From: Malacoraja senta
Lineage: Eukaryota
Assembly: GCA_038087875.1 (NCBI GenBank)
Contig: CM075991.1
Span: 8,248,001 to 8,312,000 of the forward strand
Length of the DNA stretch: 64,000 bases
Direction: 5' to 3'
Shown here: piece after piece, positions 22,330 through 35,192 of the stretch
Layout: the number at the start of each line of letters is the position of its first letter
Position numbering within the stretch: position 1 is the stretch's first letter
Program-made: the position numbers and the translations under genes
Notes under the pieces: generated by a model
What the model saw: only the letters and a program-made list of their open reading frames with translations
Databases searched by the model: none
Told to the model about the DNA's origin: nothing

Positions 22330-22633
22330 ACATGATACAGCATGGAAACAGGCCCTTTGGCCCAACTTGCCCACACCGACCAACATGCCCCATCTACACT
22401 AGTCCCACCTGCCACCCCTTGGCCCATATCCCTCTGAACCTCCCCCATCCATGTACATGTCCAATTGTTTCTGAAGCATTTGTAATAGCCCCTGCCTCAA
22501 CTACCTCCTCTGGCAACTCGTTCCACATGCCCGCTACCCCTTGTGTGAAAAAGTTACTCCTCAGATCCCGATTAAATCCTTCCCCCTTCACCTTCAACCT
22601 ATGTCCTCTGGTTCTCGATTCCTCTACTCTGGG
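22330..22633 (-). mobile_element. CR1 LINE 3' end, second subfamily
   Basis: ORF 22394-22636 contains RTRGHRLKVKGEGFNRDLRSNFFTQGVAGMWNELP. Confidence 0.85.
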
Positions 22634-23204
22634 CATAGGGGATGATCAGCCATGATCACATTGAATGGCGGTGCTGGCTCGAAGGGCCAAATGGCCTACT
22701 CCTGCACCTATTGTCTATTGTCTAAAAGCTTTTCACTGTACCTCGGTACATGTGACGATAAACTGAACTATAAGCTGTAGATAGACAAAAATGCTGGAGA
22801 AACTCAACGGGTGAGGCAGCATTTTCTTCGCTCCATAGATGCTGCCTCACCCGCTGAGTTTCTCCAGCATTTTTGTCTACCTTCGGTTTTCCAGCATCTG
22901 CAGTTCCTTCTTGAACGTTCGATGTGATCATGGCTGATCATCCACAATCAGTAACCCGTGCCTGCCTTCTCCCCATATTCTTCTGATTCCGCTAGCCCCT
23001 AGAGCTCTATCTAACTCTCTTTTAAATTCTTAAACACGTAAGCTGCAGATGCTGATTGTCCCATTGAGTTCCCACGGCTCAAGATTCCAGCATCAGCGGT
23101 TCCTTCTGTTTCCACGGTTTTGGGACTCGGTGGACAGCATGGAGATGGTGGGCCGAAGGGCCGTGCGGGAGATTAATGAGGTGGAAACTGGCGTGTGCTG
23201 TTTA

Positions 23205-23628
23205 TTGCACACGCCAGATCCTCCTTTACGTCTACAAAGCCCTCAATGGGCTTGCCCCCACCTACATTAAAAGTCTGCTCACCCACCACTCCACCTCCAG
23301 GTCCCTCAGATCGGCCAACTTGGGGTTGCTGAATATCCCGCGGTCTAGGCATAAGCTCAGGGGCGACCGCGCCTTTGCGGTTGTTGCTCCTAGACTGTGG
23401 AACAGCATCCCTCTTCCCATCAGAACTGCCCCCCCCCCCCATCGACTCCTTTAAGTCGAGACTAAAAACTCATCTGTACTCCCAAGCCTTTCTTGACGTC
23501 CTCTGAGCGAGGGCTATATGTATGTAGTTTGTTTGTGTATATTATTCTTATACCAATGTGAAGCACTTTGGCCAGCGAGAGTTGTTTTTTAAATGTGCTG
23601 TATAAATAAATGTGACTTGACTTGACTT
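23205..23628 (+). mobile_element. L2-clade LINE 3' end
   Basis: Peptide LLYVYKALNGLAPTYIKSLL...SRSLRS...GDRAFAVVAPRLWNSIP is a typical L2 ORF2 C-terminus; ATAAA and a (GACTT)n tail follow. Confidence 0.85.
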
Positions 23629-24379
23629 ATTGCTGCTCGCCAGCATCTCGTCCTGACATCTTGTCCTTCGAGAGCATTGATTTCTGCCCATTAACGCTGA
23701 AGACATTCAGAATGACTCGCTGTTTCCACTGCACGGTGACCTCGCCCGTAATTAAGTTTGAACGCTGGGAAACTGGCCGATCAATCTGCGCACGGCAAGA
23801 TCCCACAGAAGAGCAACGCGATTATGGACAAACAAATAGATTTAGCCACGCTAACGATCGGTGATTAACCCACGAACATCGCTCCAGCAATGACCCAGCC
23901 TACGGTAGCTTGCCGACAACTGCTCCTCATCTGTCTTGGGAGTCTGGCGTCTCTTTGATCACACAGTGCTCGCTCGTTGCAAAACTGTGTTCCTCTCCCA
24001 TTATGAGTGAATATATTTATTTTGAAAGTGGCGACAGCAGAAATGGGAACATCCTTTGATGGTCTCCAAGGCAACGGTGCATTTTTACATATTTGACAGC
24101 TCATTACGAAACGCTGCGTACTGAAAAGGTCTCAGTGCAAATCTGCTCTTCACCCCATCGCACACTGCCGGGTGTTCTCATTTCCATTTGTGCTTCGAAT
24201 ATTCTTCTGTGCTTCCCGAAAATAGGGATTGCCAGTGCAGAGTGTCGGTCCCAGCAGTGGCATCAAAAACCACTGCCTGACCAGCTGCAGGTCAGGTTCA
24301 ACGCAAACCCAACACCCTTGACAATACCCTCCCGACCTGATAACACAAACTGTGTTAGATGGAGAGAAAATCTCCAGAT

Positions 24380-24710
24380 ATAGACACAAAAAGTCAGAGT
24401 AACTCAGCGTGACAGGCAGCATCTCTGGAGAAAAGGAATAGGTGACGTTTTGGGTTGAGACCCTTCAGGGTAGACACAAAAAGCTGGAGTAACTCAGCGG
24501 GACAGGCAGCATCTCTGGAGAGAAGGAAAGGGTGACGTTTCGACCCGAAACGTCACCCATTCCTTCTCTCCAGAGGTGCTGCCTGTCCCGGTCTCGACCC
24601 GAAACGTCACCCATTCCTTCTCTCCAGAGATGCTGCCTGTCCCGCTGAGTTACTCCAGCTTTTTGTGTCTATCTTCAGTTTAAACCAGCACCTGCAGTTC
24701 CTTCCTACAA
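24380..24710. mobile_element. Cluster of direct and inverted Penelope pLTR fragments
   Basis: Two minus-strand copies followed by two plus-strand copies of the pLTR motif. Confidence 0.75.
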
Positions 24711-24889
24711 ATCTCCATGTATACAGTCCTGCCAATCACTCAGGCCTTGCTTTTGATGCTTGGTAATCTAGTTTTCTGCCTTCGGGCAAGAGTTATAGAA
24801 GCGGGAAAATGCGCATTTCCAGATTCGGGGACAGTTTCTTCCCAGCTGTTGTCAGGCGACTGAACCATCCTACCAACAACTAGAGGAAG

Positions 24890-25200
24890 AGGAATACTTT
24901 ATTGTCACATGTGACTAGGCACAGTGAGATTCTTTGCTTGCATACACAACGTATACAAATAGCAGCCACCTAGGTTACAAGGTAGACAAGGAAACAAAGC
25001 ACGCCGGCTCCCCCTTTTGTTCCCCCTCCCCCCCCCACCCACGGCGGTCCCCCAAGCCGGGTCCTCCATTGTTCTTCCCCCTCCCCCCTCATGGTGGTTC
25101 TCCACCCTCTCATCGTCCGTCGGCCGCGGGTCGACCCGGGAGGTATCGCCGCCGTCGTGATGTTTCACCACCGCCGAGGCCCCATCGTCACGAGGCTTCA
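24890..25200 (-). mobile_element. Non-coding retroposon with a GC-rich head and a Rex1-like 3' tail
   Basis: Minus-strand tail GCAAAGAATCTCACTGTGCCTAGTCACATGTGACAATAAAG; sits within another Rex1 tail. Confidence 0.5.
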
Positions 25201-25439
25201 CCAAGAGCAGGCCCGAGCTCCTATCTACCTCATTGGAGACCCTCGGACAATCTTTGATCGGGCTTTCCTGGACTTTATCTTGCACGAGACATTAAACACG
25301 TTACTCCCTTTGTCATGCATCTGCACACTGCGGATGGGTTAATTCTGATCATGTATTGTCACTCCGCTGACTGGTTAGAATGCAAACAAAAGCTTTGCAC
25401 TGTACCTTGGTACACGTGGCAATGTACTAAACTAACTAA

Positions 25440-25744
25440 AGGGCCTGTCCCACTTAGACGGATATTTAGGCGACTGCCGGCACTGGCGACAACCTACGTC
25501 ACCTGGCGACAACCTACGTCACCTGGCGACAACCTACGACAGCACCAACGTCGGGAGAAGGCAGGCTACGACAAGCCCACAGTCGCCGACTGTCGGCGAA
25601 AAGTTTTGAAATCCAGCGGCGTCCAGAAAAACGCTACGACTCTTTGGTCGACTGAGGAGACGACTCACGTCCATGCAGGCGACACCCCGGCAACCATGTG
25701 GCGACAGCCTTGTCGCCTGTAGTCGCCTAAGTGGGACAGGCCCA
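25440..25744. mobile_element. MITE, Harbinger-like family subtype B
   Basis: TIRs AGGGCCTGTCCCACTTAG and CTAAGTGGGACAGGCCCA, flanked by TAA and TTA; internal repeats of CTGGCGACAACCTACGTCAC. Confidence 0.85.
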
Positions 25745-26069
25745 TTACGAACTTTATGCCTAATAAGGTAGTTACAACTAACTATAACTAACTTTATTAA
25801 TTTACTTATTTATTTTATCTTTATTATTTATTTTCACTTTATTTACTGGCAAACTAATTCTTACTGGGTCAGCCAACATCCTTCCTCAGTGTGTCCAGTA
25901 ATTGTATTTGGATGTTTGTCTATGTAAGATGGAGCCAGCCTGTTGGTACAACTCCTCCTGTCCTCTCACTCCCTAAAGACGTGCGGGTAAGTGGGTTGGC
26001 GGGGCGGAGCATGCTTCCTTTAGGTTATTATTGCCACTTTTAACATGGGATACAGTGACAAACATTTTA

Positions 26070-26362
26070 GACTTTAGAGATACAGCACGGAAAGAGGCCC
26101 TTCGGCCCACCGAGACCGCACCGACCAGCGATCTCCCTGCACACTAACACCATCCTTCACGCAGGGGATAATGTACAATTGTACCAAAGCCAATCGATCT
26201 GCAAACCTGTACGTCTTTGGAGTGTGGGAGGAAGCCAGAGCACCAGGTGGAAACCCACGCGGTCACGGGGAGGACGTACAATCTCCGGACAGACAGCGCC
26301 CGTAGTCAGGATCGAACCTGAGTCTCTCGTGCTGTAAGGCAGCAACTCTACCACTGCGCCAT
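26070..26362 (-). mobile_element. HE1-like V-SINE
   Basis: Head, core and tail as in the other copies. Confidence 0.85.
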
Positions 26363-26367
26363 TGTTG

Positions 26368-26682
26368 AAACATAGGAAACTAGGTGCAGGAGTAGACCAT
26401 TCGGCCCTTCGAGCCAGCACCGCCATTCAATATGATCATGGCTGATCATCTAAAATCAGTACCCCGTTCCTGCTTTTTCCCAATAACCCTTGATTCCTTT
26501 AGCCCTAAGAGCTAAATCTAACTCTATCTTGAAAACATCCAGTGAATTGGCCTCCACTGCCTTCTGTGGCAGAGAATTCCACAGATTCACAACTCTCTGG
26601 GTCAAGAAGGTTTTCCTAAATGGCCTACCCTTGATTCTTAAACTATGGCCCCTGGTTCTGGACTCCCCCAACATCGGGAACA
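26368..26682 (-). mobile_element. CR1 LINE 3' end
   Basis: ORF 26456-26674 contains RTRGHSLRIKGRPFRKTFLTQRVVNLWNSLP. Confidence 0.85.
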
Positions 26683-27154
26683 GGAGAGTGTTAACGTGCG
26701 GGGAAGGCAGGTCGGCATGGACTCGGTGGGCCGAAGGGCCTGTTTCCCCGCTGTATCTCTAAACTAAACGAAACTAATGTGATCTAGCTCCGGTGCAACG
26801 TGCTCGGAGGTTGTATCTCTGACATTCACCGCAATAAGCTCACACCGGAAGAATAGCTACTTGGATGACGTCCCAGTGAGAAGAAGAGCCTGATGAAGAG
26901 GACCTCCGTGCAGGTCAAGACCCTCAGTAGAGGAAGGCAGGTGACAGGAGAATAAACATGCTCCTGATGGAGATATAATCCATCCTTGCTCAGCGGCAGT
27001 CAATGTCAAAGCTCCACTAAAGGTTCTCTCACAAGGTGCCTCCTATATGCCCACTATGCCATTCTTTGCCAAGCCACTTGCTACAGGTCTTTCCAGATGA
27101 AATGAAACAGAAAGTGCTGGTCAGGGAGGATCTGCTGAAGTTGTACAGAGTTAA

Positions 27155-27471
27155 AGCCCTGTCCCACTGTACGAACTAATTCAAGAGTTCTCCAGAGTTT
27201 GCCCTGATTCGAACTCGGAGATTTACAGTAATGGCCGCTCGTCGGTACTCGGGGCTCTCGTGGACATTTTTCAACATGTTGAAAAATCTTCACGAGTCTT
27301 CCCGAGCTTACCGCGTTTCCCGAGTACCTGCCATTAGCGTTACGAGCCGCTAAGAGACGTCCCGAAGCTCCGGCGTACCCCCTACGTACATTCTACGTGC
27401 TTACCACGAGGTTGATTTTTTTTTAAACTCAGGAGAGCTCTTGAATTACCTCGTACAGTGGGACAGGGCCT
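27155..27471. mobile_element. MITE, Harbinger-like family subtype A (second copy)
   Basis: TIRs AGCCCTGTCCCACTGTACGA and TCGTACAGTGGGACAGGGCCT between TTAA sites; interior matches 9417-9714. Confidence 0.9.
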
Positions 27472-29475
27472 TTAACATTTCAGGTTGGAGACATCCGGTA
27501 CAAAAGAGAAATTTATTCCGAGTGCAGAATATAGTGTTACAGCTGCACAGAAAAGTGCAGATAATAAAAAGTGCCATAGCGAGGTAGATTGGGAGATCGT
27601 GACTTTGTCCTTTGCATTGGAGAGGTCAATGCGTTACAATGCTGAGAGCTATATTCTGCAGTCTGTATCTTCCCCTTTGCTCTATCAATTGTACTTGAGT
27701 TTGACCTGATTGGATCTAGGTTTGGTACATCTGGTCGGTTTGGATAGCATGCAAAACAAATTTTTTCACTGTACAGCATGTCTGGAGAAATAGATGAAGT
27801 TTCAGTCCGAGACCCTTCCGCAGACTAATTAAACTGAATCATCACCCATCCACTTTCAACGGAGATGCTGCCTGACACACTGAGTTACTCCAGCACTTTG
27901 TATCTTTTTTTGTAAATCAACATCTGCAGTTCCTTCCTACACATTTCGTCTGCTCCATTGCAAAATCTCCTCAAGCAATGTCTACTTCGAAGAAGTTCTT
28001 CTCTCTCTGACGAGAGTCCTGCAACACCCTCTCTCACTGACATCATCATATATCTCTCGGGCTCCTCCTCTTCCTTTTTCCTTTTTCCTTTCTTCTCCCC
28101 ATCCCCCCCCACCCCCACCCTACATCAGTCTGAAGAAGGGTTTCGGCCCGAAACGTTGCCTATTTCCTTCGCTCCTTAGATGCTGCTGCACCCTCTGAGT
28201 TTCTCCAGCACTTTTGTCTACCTTCGATTTTCCAGCATCTGCAGTTCCTTCTTAAACATCATATATCTCTCGTTTCCCTAATCCCTAACCAGAAGTGTCT
28301 CGACCCGAAACGTCGCCCATTCCTTCTCTCCGGAGATGCTGCCTGCCTGAGTTACTCCAGCTTTCTGTGTCTATCTTCGGTTTAAACCAGCATTTGTGCA
28401 GTTCCTTCCTACACGTTTCATCTGCAGTTCCTTGTGTCTTTAGCTTCTAACTAAGGGCTGCAGGATATTAGATAATGCTCCATCAAGCACCTTCGGATGT
28501 TGGGCACCATTTAAAAGTCATTATACAAACAGAAGGTTTTGTTTTCCAAAGTGTTTCAACACAACTGCGCATGATGGAGAAGGGCGTGTAAATGGGGATG
28601 GAGTGACTGTCGGCCTGAAAAATAACGACCTTCAACACATTAGTTTGTTGCCCATTCAGCTCGGTGACCCTGGAGCCATGATAAGCAGTGGATCCATTGT
28701 TTTGACCTGCCAGTCTCCACTGCTGATAGTCACTGACTTTTGTTCGGTTGCCTGCCCTGTGAATGTTCCATTACAACCCGCTTCACAAAGGCCTCACACA
28801 GTGTCGATGGCCTGCTCATTAAGAGGGGGGAAATGAGCAAATGACAAGCTTGCTTAAGGCAATTCAGTTCCTCAAGACTGCTGCCAGCCGCCTGAAAAGA
28901 AGGTCTCCTTTTGTTGTCATGCTCTGGGAGGAGTGGGCCTCTTTGGTGGAGTTGACATCGCCACAACAAATGGGCCTGTGATGATGGTGTTGAGCCACCA
29001 TTTTAAACCACAGGTTACATATAACTGAGGGGTCTGTTTTATATGTTGGTGGTTTTGATAACATTCCTGCCTTTCTTACCCCTTTATGCAGCGTAGTTGT
29101 TTAATTTATTTAACAGATGCTGGAAAATCGAAGGTAGGCAAAAGCGCTGGAGAAACTCAGCGGGTGCAGCAGCATCTATGGAGCGAAGGAAATAGGCAAC
29201 GTTTTGGCCCGAAACCCGGAAGGGTTTCGGCCCGAAACGTTGCCTATTTCCTTCAGTCTGAAGAAGGGTTTCGGCCTTAAACGTTGCCTATTTCCTTCGC
29301 TCCATAGATGCTGCTGCTCCCGCTGAGTTTCTCCAGCACTTTTGTCTACCAGTTGTTTAATTTAGTTCAGTTTAGTTTAGTTTCATTTAGTTTAGTGAAA
29401 CAGCATGCAAACAGGCCCTTCGGCCCACCGAGTCCATGCCAACCATCGATCACCCGTTCATACTAGCCCTATGTA

Positions 29476-29816
29476 ATGCTGCTTTTTCATCCACCCCGGG
29501 CCGCGGAGTTTGAACCGGCCCGTCGCGGACGGAGCACGGATTCAGCCGCGGGACTGACTTACCATCGCCCGGTGGGGTCACAACGTCAGAAGCCTGGATC
29601 GCCTCAGCGCAGAGGGAGAACAAAGAGGGAAGAGACAGAGACTTTAAGACTTTTGCCTCCATCAGTGAGGAGGTGCCTGGTGAACTCACTGTGGTGGATG
29701 TTAATTTGTGTTTATTGTGTGTTTTGTTATTTATTATTATATGTATGACTGCAGGCAACGAAATTTCGTTCAGACCAAAAGGTCTGAATGACAATAAAGG
29801 AATCTAAGTCTAAGTC
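29476..29816 (+). mobile_element. Non-coding retroposon with a GC-rich head and a Rex1-like tail, inserted in a V-SINE
   Basis: Ends AAATTTCG...TGACAATAAAGGAATCTAAGTCTAAGT and splits the V-SINE at 29380-30012. Confidence 0.55.
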
Positions 29817-31059
29817 CCTACGCTCTGGGGACATTTTGCAAATTAACCTACAAACCTGCGCGTCTTTGAGATGTGGGGGAAACCGGAGCACCCGGAGAAC
29901 GTGCAAACTCCACACAGACAGCGCCCGAGGTCAGAATCGAACCGGGGTCTCGGTCGAACACGGGTCTCCAGCGCTGTGAGGCAGCAGCACTACTATCTAC
30001 ACCACTGTGCCGCTCTGATTTTGCTGTAGAAAATAGGCCTTGATTTTCCTTTTGCTTTTTAGCTGATAAAAGAAAAATGAAACAAAAGTCCCGAAGGCCA
30101 ACTTGCAAGAAAACCTTTTTTTCCCTCTTTCAGATAAAACCACGTTGGCAATAAACGTCAACCTTGCAGGATTTACGCTTTCATCTTATTTTTGCTTTCA
30201 AAATGCCGCGGGTAATTTTAAAAGGTGGCTTATAGTAAGGGTATAAAATGATGAGGGACTTTGATAAGGTAAATAAAATGACACGTTTCCCTTACCAGAG
30301 GGATGTTGCAAATCAGAAGTAAAAGTAGAACGTGCTGGAAATATTCTAAGGTTTGCCAGCACTGGGAGGCGGGAAGCGATTTTACAACTGAATTGACCGG
30401 TCAAAGATTTGTACAGCATTGAAACAGGCCCTTCGGCCCGATTCATCCATACTGACCTGAATGGCACGGACTTGAAGGGCCGAGATGGCCTGTTTCCGTG
30501 CTGTTATGGTTATATGGTTATATGGTTATATGAATGCCCCCACAGAAACATAGAAAATAGCTGCAGGAGGAGGCCATTTGGCCCTTCGAGCCAACACCGC
30601 CATTCATTTTTACACAAAGCATGGTAGGTATATGCAACGAGCTGTCGGAGGAGGTAGTTGAGGCAGGTACTATCACAATGTGTAAGAAACATTTGAACAG
30701 TACATGGATAGGATAGGTTCAGAGGGATATGGGCCAAACGCAGGCAGGTGGGACTAGTGTACATGGGGCATGTTGGTTGGCGTGGGCAAGTTGGGCCGAA
30801 GGGCCTGTTTCCATGCTGTGTGACTCTATGACTCTATCCCCCTCATGATTTTATATGTCTCTCTGAGGTAACCCCTCAGCCTCTTGCGCTCCAAGGAATA
30901 AAGTCTGAATCCATGCTAACTCTCCCTTTAGCTCAGGCCCTCGAGTCCTGGCAGCATCTCAGAACCACGATCGAATGGCGGAGTAGAATTGATGGGCCGA
31001 ATGGCCTAATTCTGCTCTTACCCCTTCAGAACTCATGAACATCCACTGGTGTGGAAGAA

Positions 31060-31530
31060 CGGAAGCAGGGGATATTCCTAAAGGCAGCAAGACCAATAAA
31101 TAGTTAAAAAATGGCTTCCCACGTCAGCCATGGCAGTAAATATCAGAGCAGGTTGGTTATGCTACAGTTGTATACACTGCTTGTCAGGCCCCAGCTTGAG
31201 AAGTGTATACAGTTCTGCTCACAGAATTACAGGAAAGATGGGATGGGTGTGGAGGAGATATATGCGCAGGCTACAGTGACTGGAAAATATTAGCTCTGAG
31301 GGAAGACTCAATGGGCTGGGGAAGTTTTCTTTGTAATGCAGGAGGCTGCGGAAAAACGAATTCATGCTCCAGCCTGCTACTACTACTACTTATGGTAAAG
31401 GTATCAAATTATGAAGGATCTTGGTAACATAAATAGAAAGGACAGATTTCCCTTAGCAGAGGGATCAAAGGCCAGGGCACAGTTTGAAAGTAACCAGTGA
31501 TATTAAATCAGAAATTCTAGAGGGGAGACG
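31060..31530 (+). mobile_element. Old, degenerate CR1 ORF2 fragment
   Basis: SKYQSRLVMLQLYTLLVRPQLEKCIQFCS resembles the CR1 sequence LQLYRVLVRPHLEYCVQFWS. Confidence 0.7.
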
Positions 31531-32059
31531 AGGAAAAGTACAAGAGATACAAGGAACTGCAGATGCTGGTTTGCAAAAAAGACACAAAGCGCTGGAGTAA
31601 CTCAACGGGTCCGGCAGCATCCCTAGAGAACATGGGAAGGGTGACGTTTCGAGTCGGGATCCTTCATCCGACTGACTGAGGTGGGTGGGGGAAGGGGAGG
31701 GGGGGGGAAGCGGGAAAAGATGTGAGGGCAGGACAAAGCCTGATGGGTGATAGGTGGATCCAGGGCTGAGGTGGGAGGAGGGGCTGAGGGTTGGGGGGGG
31801 GGGAGGGGGAGGGGGTGATAGGCGGATGGTTGGACAAAGGCCAGAGATGAAAAGACAAACATTGTGAGGTAAGGATAGAAGAGGTGAGAATTGTGAAGCC
31901 AGAGGAAGGAATTAAAGGTGGAAGGGGGATCTGTGCAAGAGTGTACACACCAAAACAATCTGTGTCTGTGCGGGAGATATCCAACACAGTCTATACATTG
32001 GGGAGTTACCCAGTACAATGGGCAGAAGTGCAAAAGTGTAGACACCCAACACAATCAAA

Positions 32060-32300
32060 AAGTCAGCCAGCATCATCAGAGACCCACACCACCCTGGCCA
32101 CACACCCATCTCACCCCTGCCATCGGGAAGAAGGTACAGGAGCCTGTAAACTGTAACGTCCAGGTTCAGGAACAGCTTCTTCCCTACAGCCATCAGGCTA
32201 TTAAACACTACAACCTCCAAATAAGCTCTGAACTGCACAGACTTGGGGGCATTGGTTTTGTGTTTTTGTGCTGTTATTGTTTGCTTGTTTGCTATATATG
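32060..32300 (+). mobile_element. Rex1/Babar 3' fragment
   Basis: CCATCGGGAAGAAGGTACAGGAGCCTG...AGGTTCAGGAACAGCTTCTTCCC. Confidence 0.8.
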
Positions 32301-32458
32301 TGTATGGACATAAAAAGCTGGAGTTACTCAGTGGGTCAGGCAGCATTTCTGGAGAGAAGGAATAGGTGACGATTCTGGTCGAGACCCTTCTTCAGACCTG
32401 GCTTCAGACTTCTCGACCCAAAACGTCACCTACAGGTATCCCTTCTCTCCAGAGATGC

Positions 32459-32510
<52 letters not shown>

Positions 32511-33090
32511 CCGCTGAGTTACTCCAGCCTTTTGTGTCCATCTTCAGTTTAAACCAGCATCTGCAGTTCTTTCCTACATGTATGTATGTATGTATGTATG
32601 TATGTATGTCTGTATGTATGTATGTATGTATGTATGTATGTATGTATATGTGTGTGTGAAGTTGTGTATGTACGTATGTATGTGTGTATGTGTATGTATG
32701 TATGCATGTGTATGTATGTATATGTGTGTATGTATGTGTGTATGTGTATGTATGTATGCATGTGTATGTATGTATATGTGTGTATGTATGTGTGTATGTA
32801 TATATTTGTGTGAAGTTGTGTCTGCATGTGTGTGAATGTGTGTGTATGTGTGTGTGTGCATGTATGCGTATGTGCATGTATGTGTGTGTGTGTATGTATA
32901 TATGTGTGTGAAGTTGTGTATGCGTGTGAGTGTGTGTGTGTGCATGTATGCATGTGTGCATGTGTGTATATGTGCATGTGTGTGTGCATGTATATGTGTG
33001 TATGTATGTGTGTGTGTGTGCATGTATGCTTGTGTGTATATGTGTGTGTGTGTGTATGCGTGTGTGTATATGTGTGTATGTATGTGTGTG
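32459..33090. repeat. (TCTG)n tract and compound (TATG)/(TG)n microsatellite
   Basis: Seen directly at 32459-32506 and 32578-33090. Confidence 0.95.
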
Positions 33091-33724
33091 GAGGTCATAG
33101 ACAGGTGACGTTTCAGGTCAGAACACATCTTCAGACTCACTCACCACATGCTTAAGTTCATAAGCTGTAGGAGCTGAATTAGGCCACTCGGCCCATCAAG
33201 CCTACTCCGCCATTCAATCATGGCTGATCAATCTTTCTATCTCAACCCCATTCTCCTGCCTTCTCCGCACATCCCCTGACACCCGTACTAATCAAAGCAG
33301 CATATGACTTGTTATTGCAGTTACAGTCCTTGTGTAACTGGTCTGGTTGCATTTCTGTTCAGTGGTAACCTCCTGAGTTACCGGCAGAGGAAAGTGATAC
33401 GAGCCAAGATAGGCACAAAGTGCTGGAGTAACTCAACGGGTCAGGCAGCATCTCTGGAGAAAAAGGATGGGTGACGTTTCGAGACGGATGTCAAAGTGTG
33501 GATACTCTTTCCAGACAAGGATTTACTATCATACAATACAATCGCCCCACTCTTTAATCTCTATCATACCTTTAAATCTAACACCATGTTGAAATATTCT
33601 AATAATATTTTCTCATATTCTGCACTCTGTATCTTCCGCTTGGCTCTACCTATTGTTCGTGAGTTGGACTTGATTGTACTTATGTTTAGTAATATCTGAA
33701 CTGATTGGAGAGCGTGCAGAGTAA

Positions 33725-34100
33725 AGGCCCTGTCCCACTTTCACGACCTAATTCACAACCTTTTTTACTCGTGGACATTTTTTTTCTTCTTGCATATGGC
33801 GTGCACAGCCTAAAGTTGTAGGACAACTTGTTCTATTCGATCTTATTTGATTGTGCACGCCAGGTTGATTGCATTCGTCGAAACAGGGTGGACCACGTGA
33901 AGGTTGCAATCTCCCACCCCAGTGGACATTTTTCATCAAGCTAGAAAAACGCCCCGACCTACTTGATGCCACGAGTACCTACAACTAGCATCACGGCCTG
34001 CTATGACCTGCCTACGACTTCCTACCACCTCGTGACGACCATGCTGCGAGTGTGAGTCAAGGGCAAACTCGGCAGAGGTCGTGAAAGTGGGACAGGCCCT
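33725..34100. mobile_element. MITE, Harbinger-like family subtype C, containing a nested retroposon
   Basis: TIRs AGGCCCTGTCCCACTTTCACGACC and GGTCGTGAAAGTGGGACAGGCCCT. Confidence 0.85.
33783..33921 (-). mobile_element. 5'-truncated non-LTR retroposon end (Vingi/RTE-like tail) with a 12-bp TSD
   Basis: GTGGACATTTTT is duplicated at 33771-33782 and 33922-33933; the minus strand ends GCCATATGCAAGAAGAAAAA. Confidence 0.65.
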
Positions 34101-34484
34101 TGAAGCTTTTCACTGTACCTCGGTACACGTGACAATAATGGGCCTAAACGTAAACCCAGATCTCAATCTAAGTTACCGTTGAACTGTAGCAACGAGGAAC
34201 TGCAGATGATGGTTTGCAAAAGAAAAAGACACAAAGTGCTGGAGTAACCCAACGGGTCAGGCAGCATCTCTGGAGAGAAAGGATGGGTGACGTTTCGGGT
34301 CGGAACCCTTCTTCAGAAAAACCCTTCCTGTCTGAAGAAAAGTTCTGACCCGAGACGTCACCTGTCCTTTTTCTCCAGAGACGCTGAGTTACTGAGTTAC
34401 TCCAACACTTTGTGTCTATCTTCTAAATGTCCAAACAGATAGTTTATCTTGACACGCAGAACTGCAGATGCTGGAATCTTGGGT

Positions 34485-35192
34485 CAAGTCAAGTCAAGTG
34501 AGTTTATTGTCATGTGTCCCTGGTAGGACAATGAAATTCTTGCTTTGCTTGAGCACAACAGAACATAGTAGGCATTTACTACAAGGCATTCTATAAATAT
34601 ATACACAATGGTCAATATACTGATAAAGTGCAAATAACAGTATTGGCTAGTAAAGTTCAGTGTTATGTCCGAGCCAGGTTTAATAGCCTGATGGCTGTGG
34701 GGAAGTAGCTATTCCTGAACCTGGTCGTTGCAGTCTTCAGGCTCCTGTACCTTCTACCTGAAGGTAGTAGGGAGATGAGTGTGTGGCCAGGATGGTGTGG
34801 GTCCTTGATGATGCTGCCAGCCTTTTTGAGGCAGCGACTGTGGTAGATCCCCTCGATGGAAGGGAGGTCAGAGCCGATGATGGACTGGGCAGTGTTTACT
34901 ACTTTTTGTAGTCTTTTCCTCTCCAGGGCACTCAAGTTGCCGAACCAAGCCACGATGCAACCGGTCAGCATGCTCTCTACTGTGCACCTGTAGAAGTTAG
35001 AGAGAGTCCTCCTTGACAAACCGACTCTCCGTAATCTTCTCAGGAAGTAGAGGCGCTGATGTGCTTTCTTAATAATGGCATAATTGTTCTCGGACCAGGA
35101 AAGATCTTCAGAGATGTGCACGCCCAGGAATTTGAAGCTCTTGACCCTTTCAACCATCGACCCGTTGATATAAACGGGACTGTGGGTCCCCA
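34485..35192 (-). mobile_element. Rex1/Babar LINE 3' part (ORF C-terminus, UTR and (ACTTG)n tail)
   Basis: VERVKSFKFLGVHISEDLSWS..KKAHQRLYFLRRLRR...LLPSGRRYRSLKTATTRFRNSYFPTAIRLLN. Confidence 0.92.

Noticed and set aside
26780..27140. Coding-like purine-rich stretch
   Set aside because: No sustained ORF or paired splice sites; possibly an old LINE remnant
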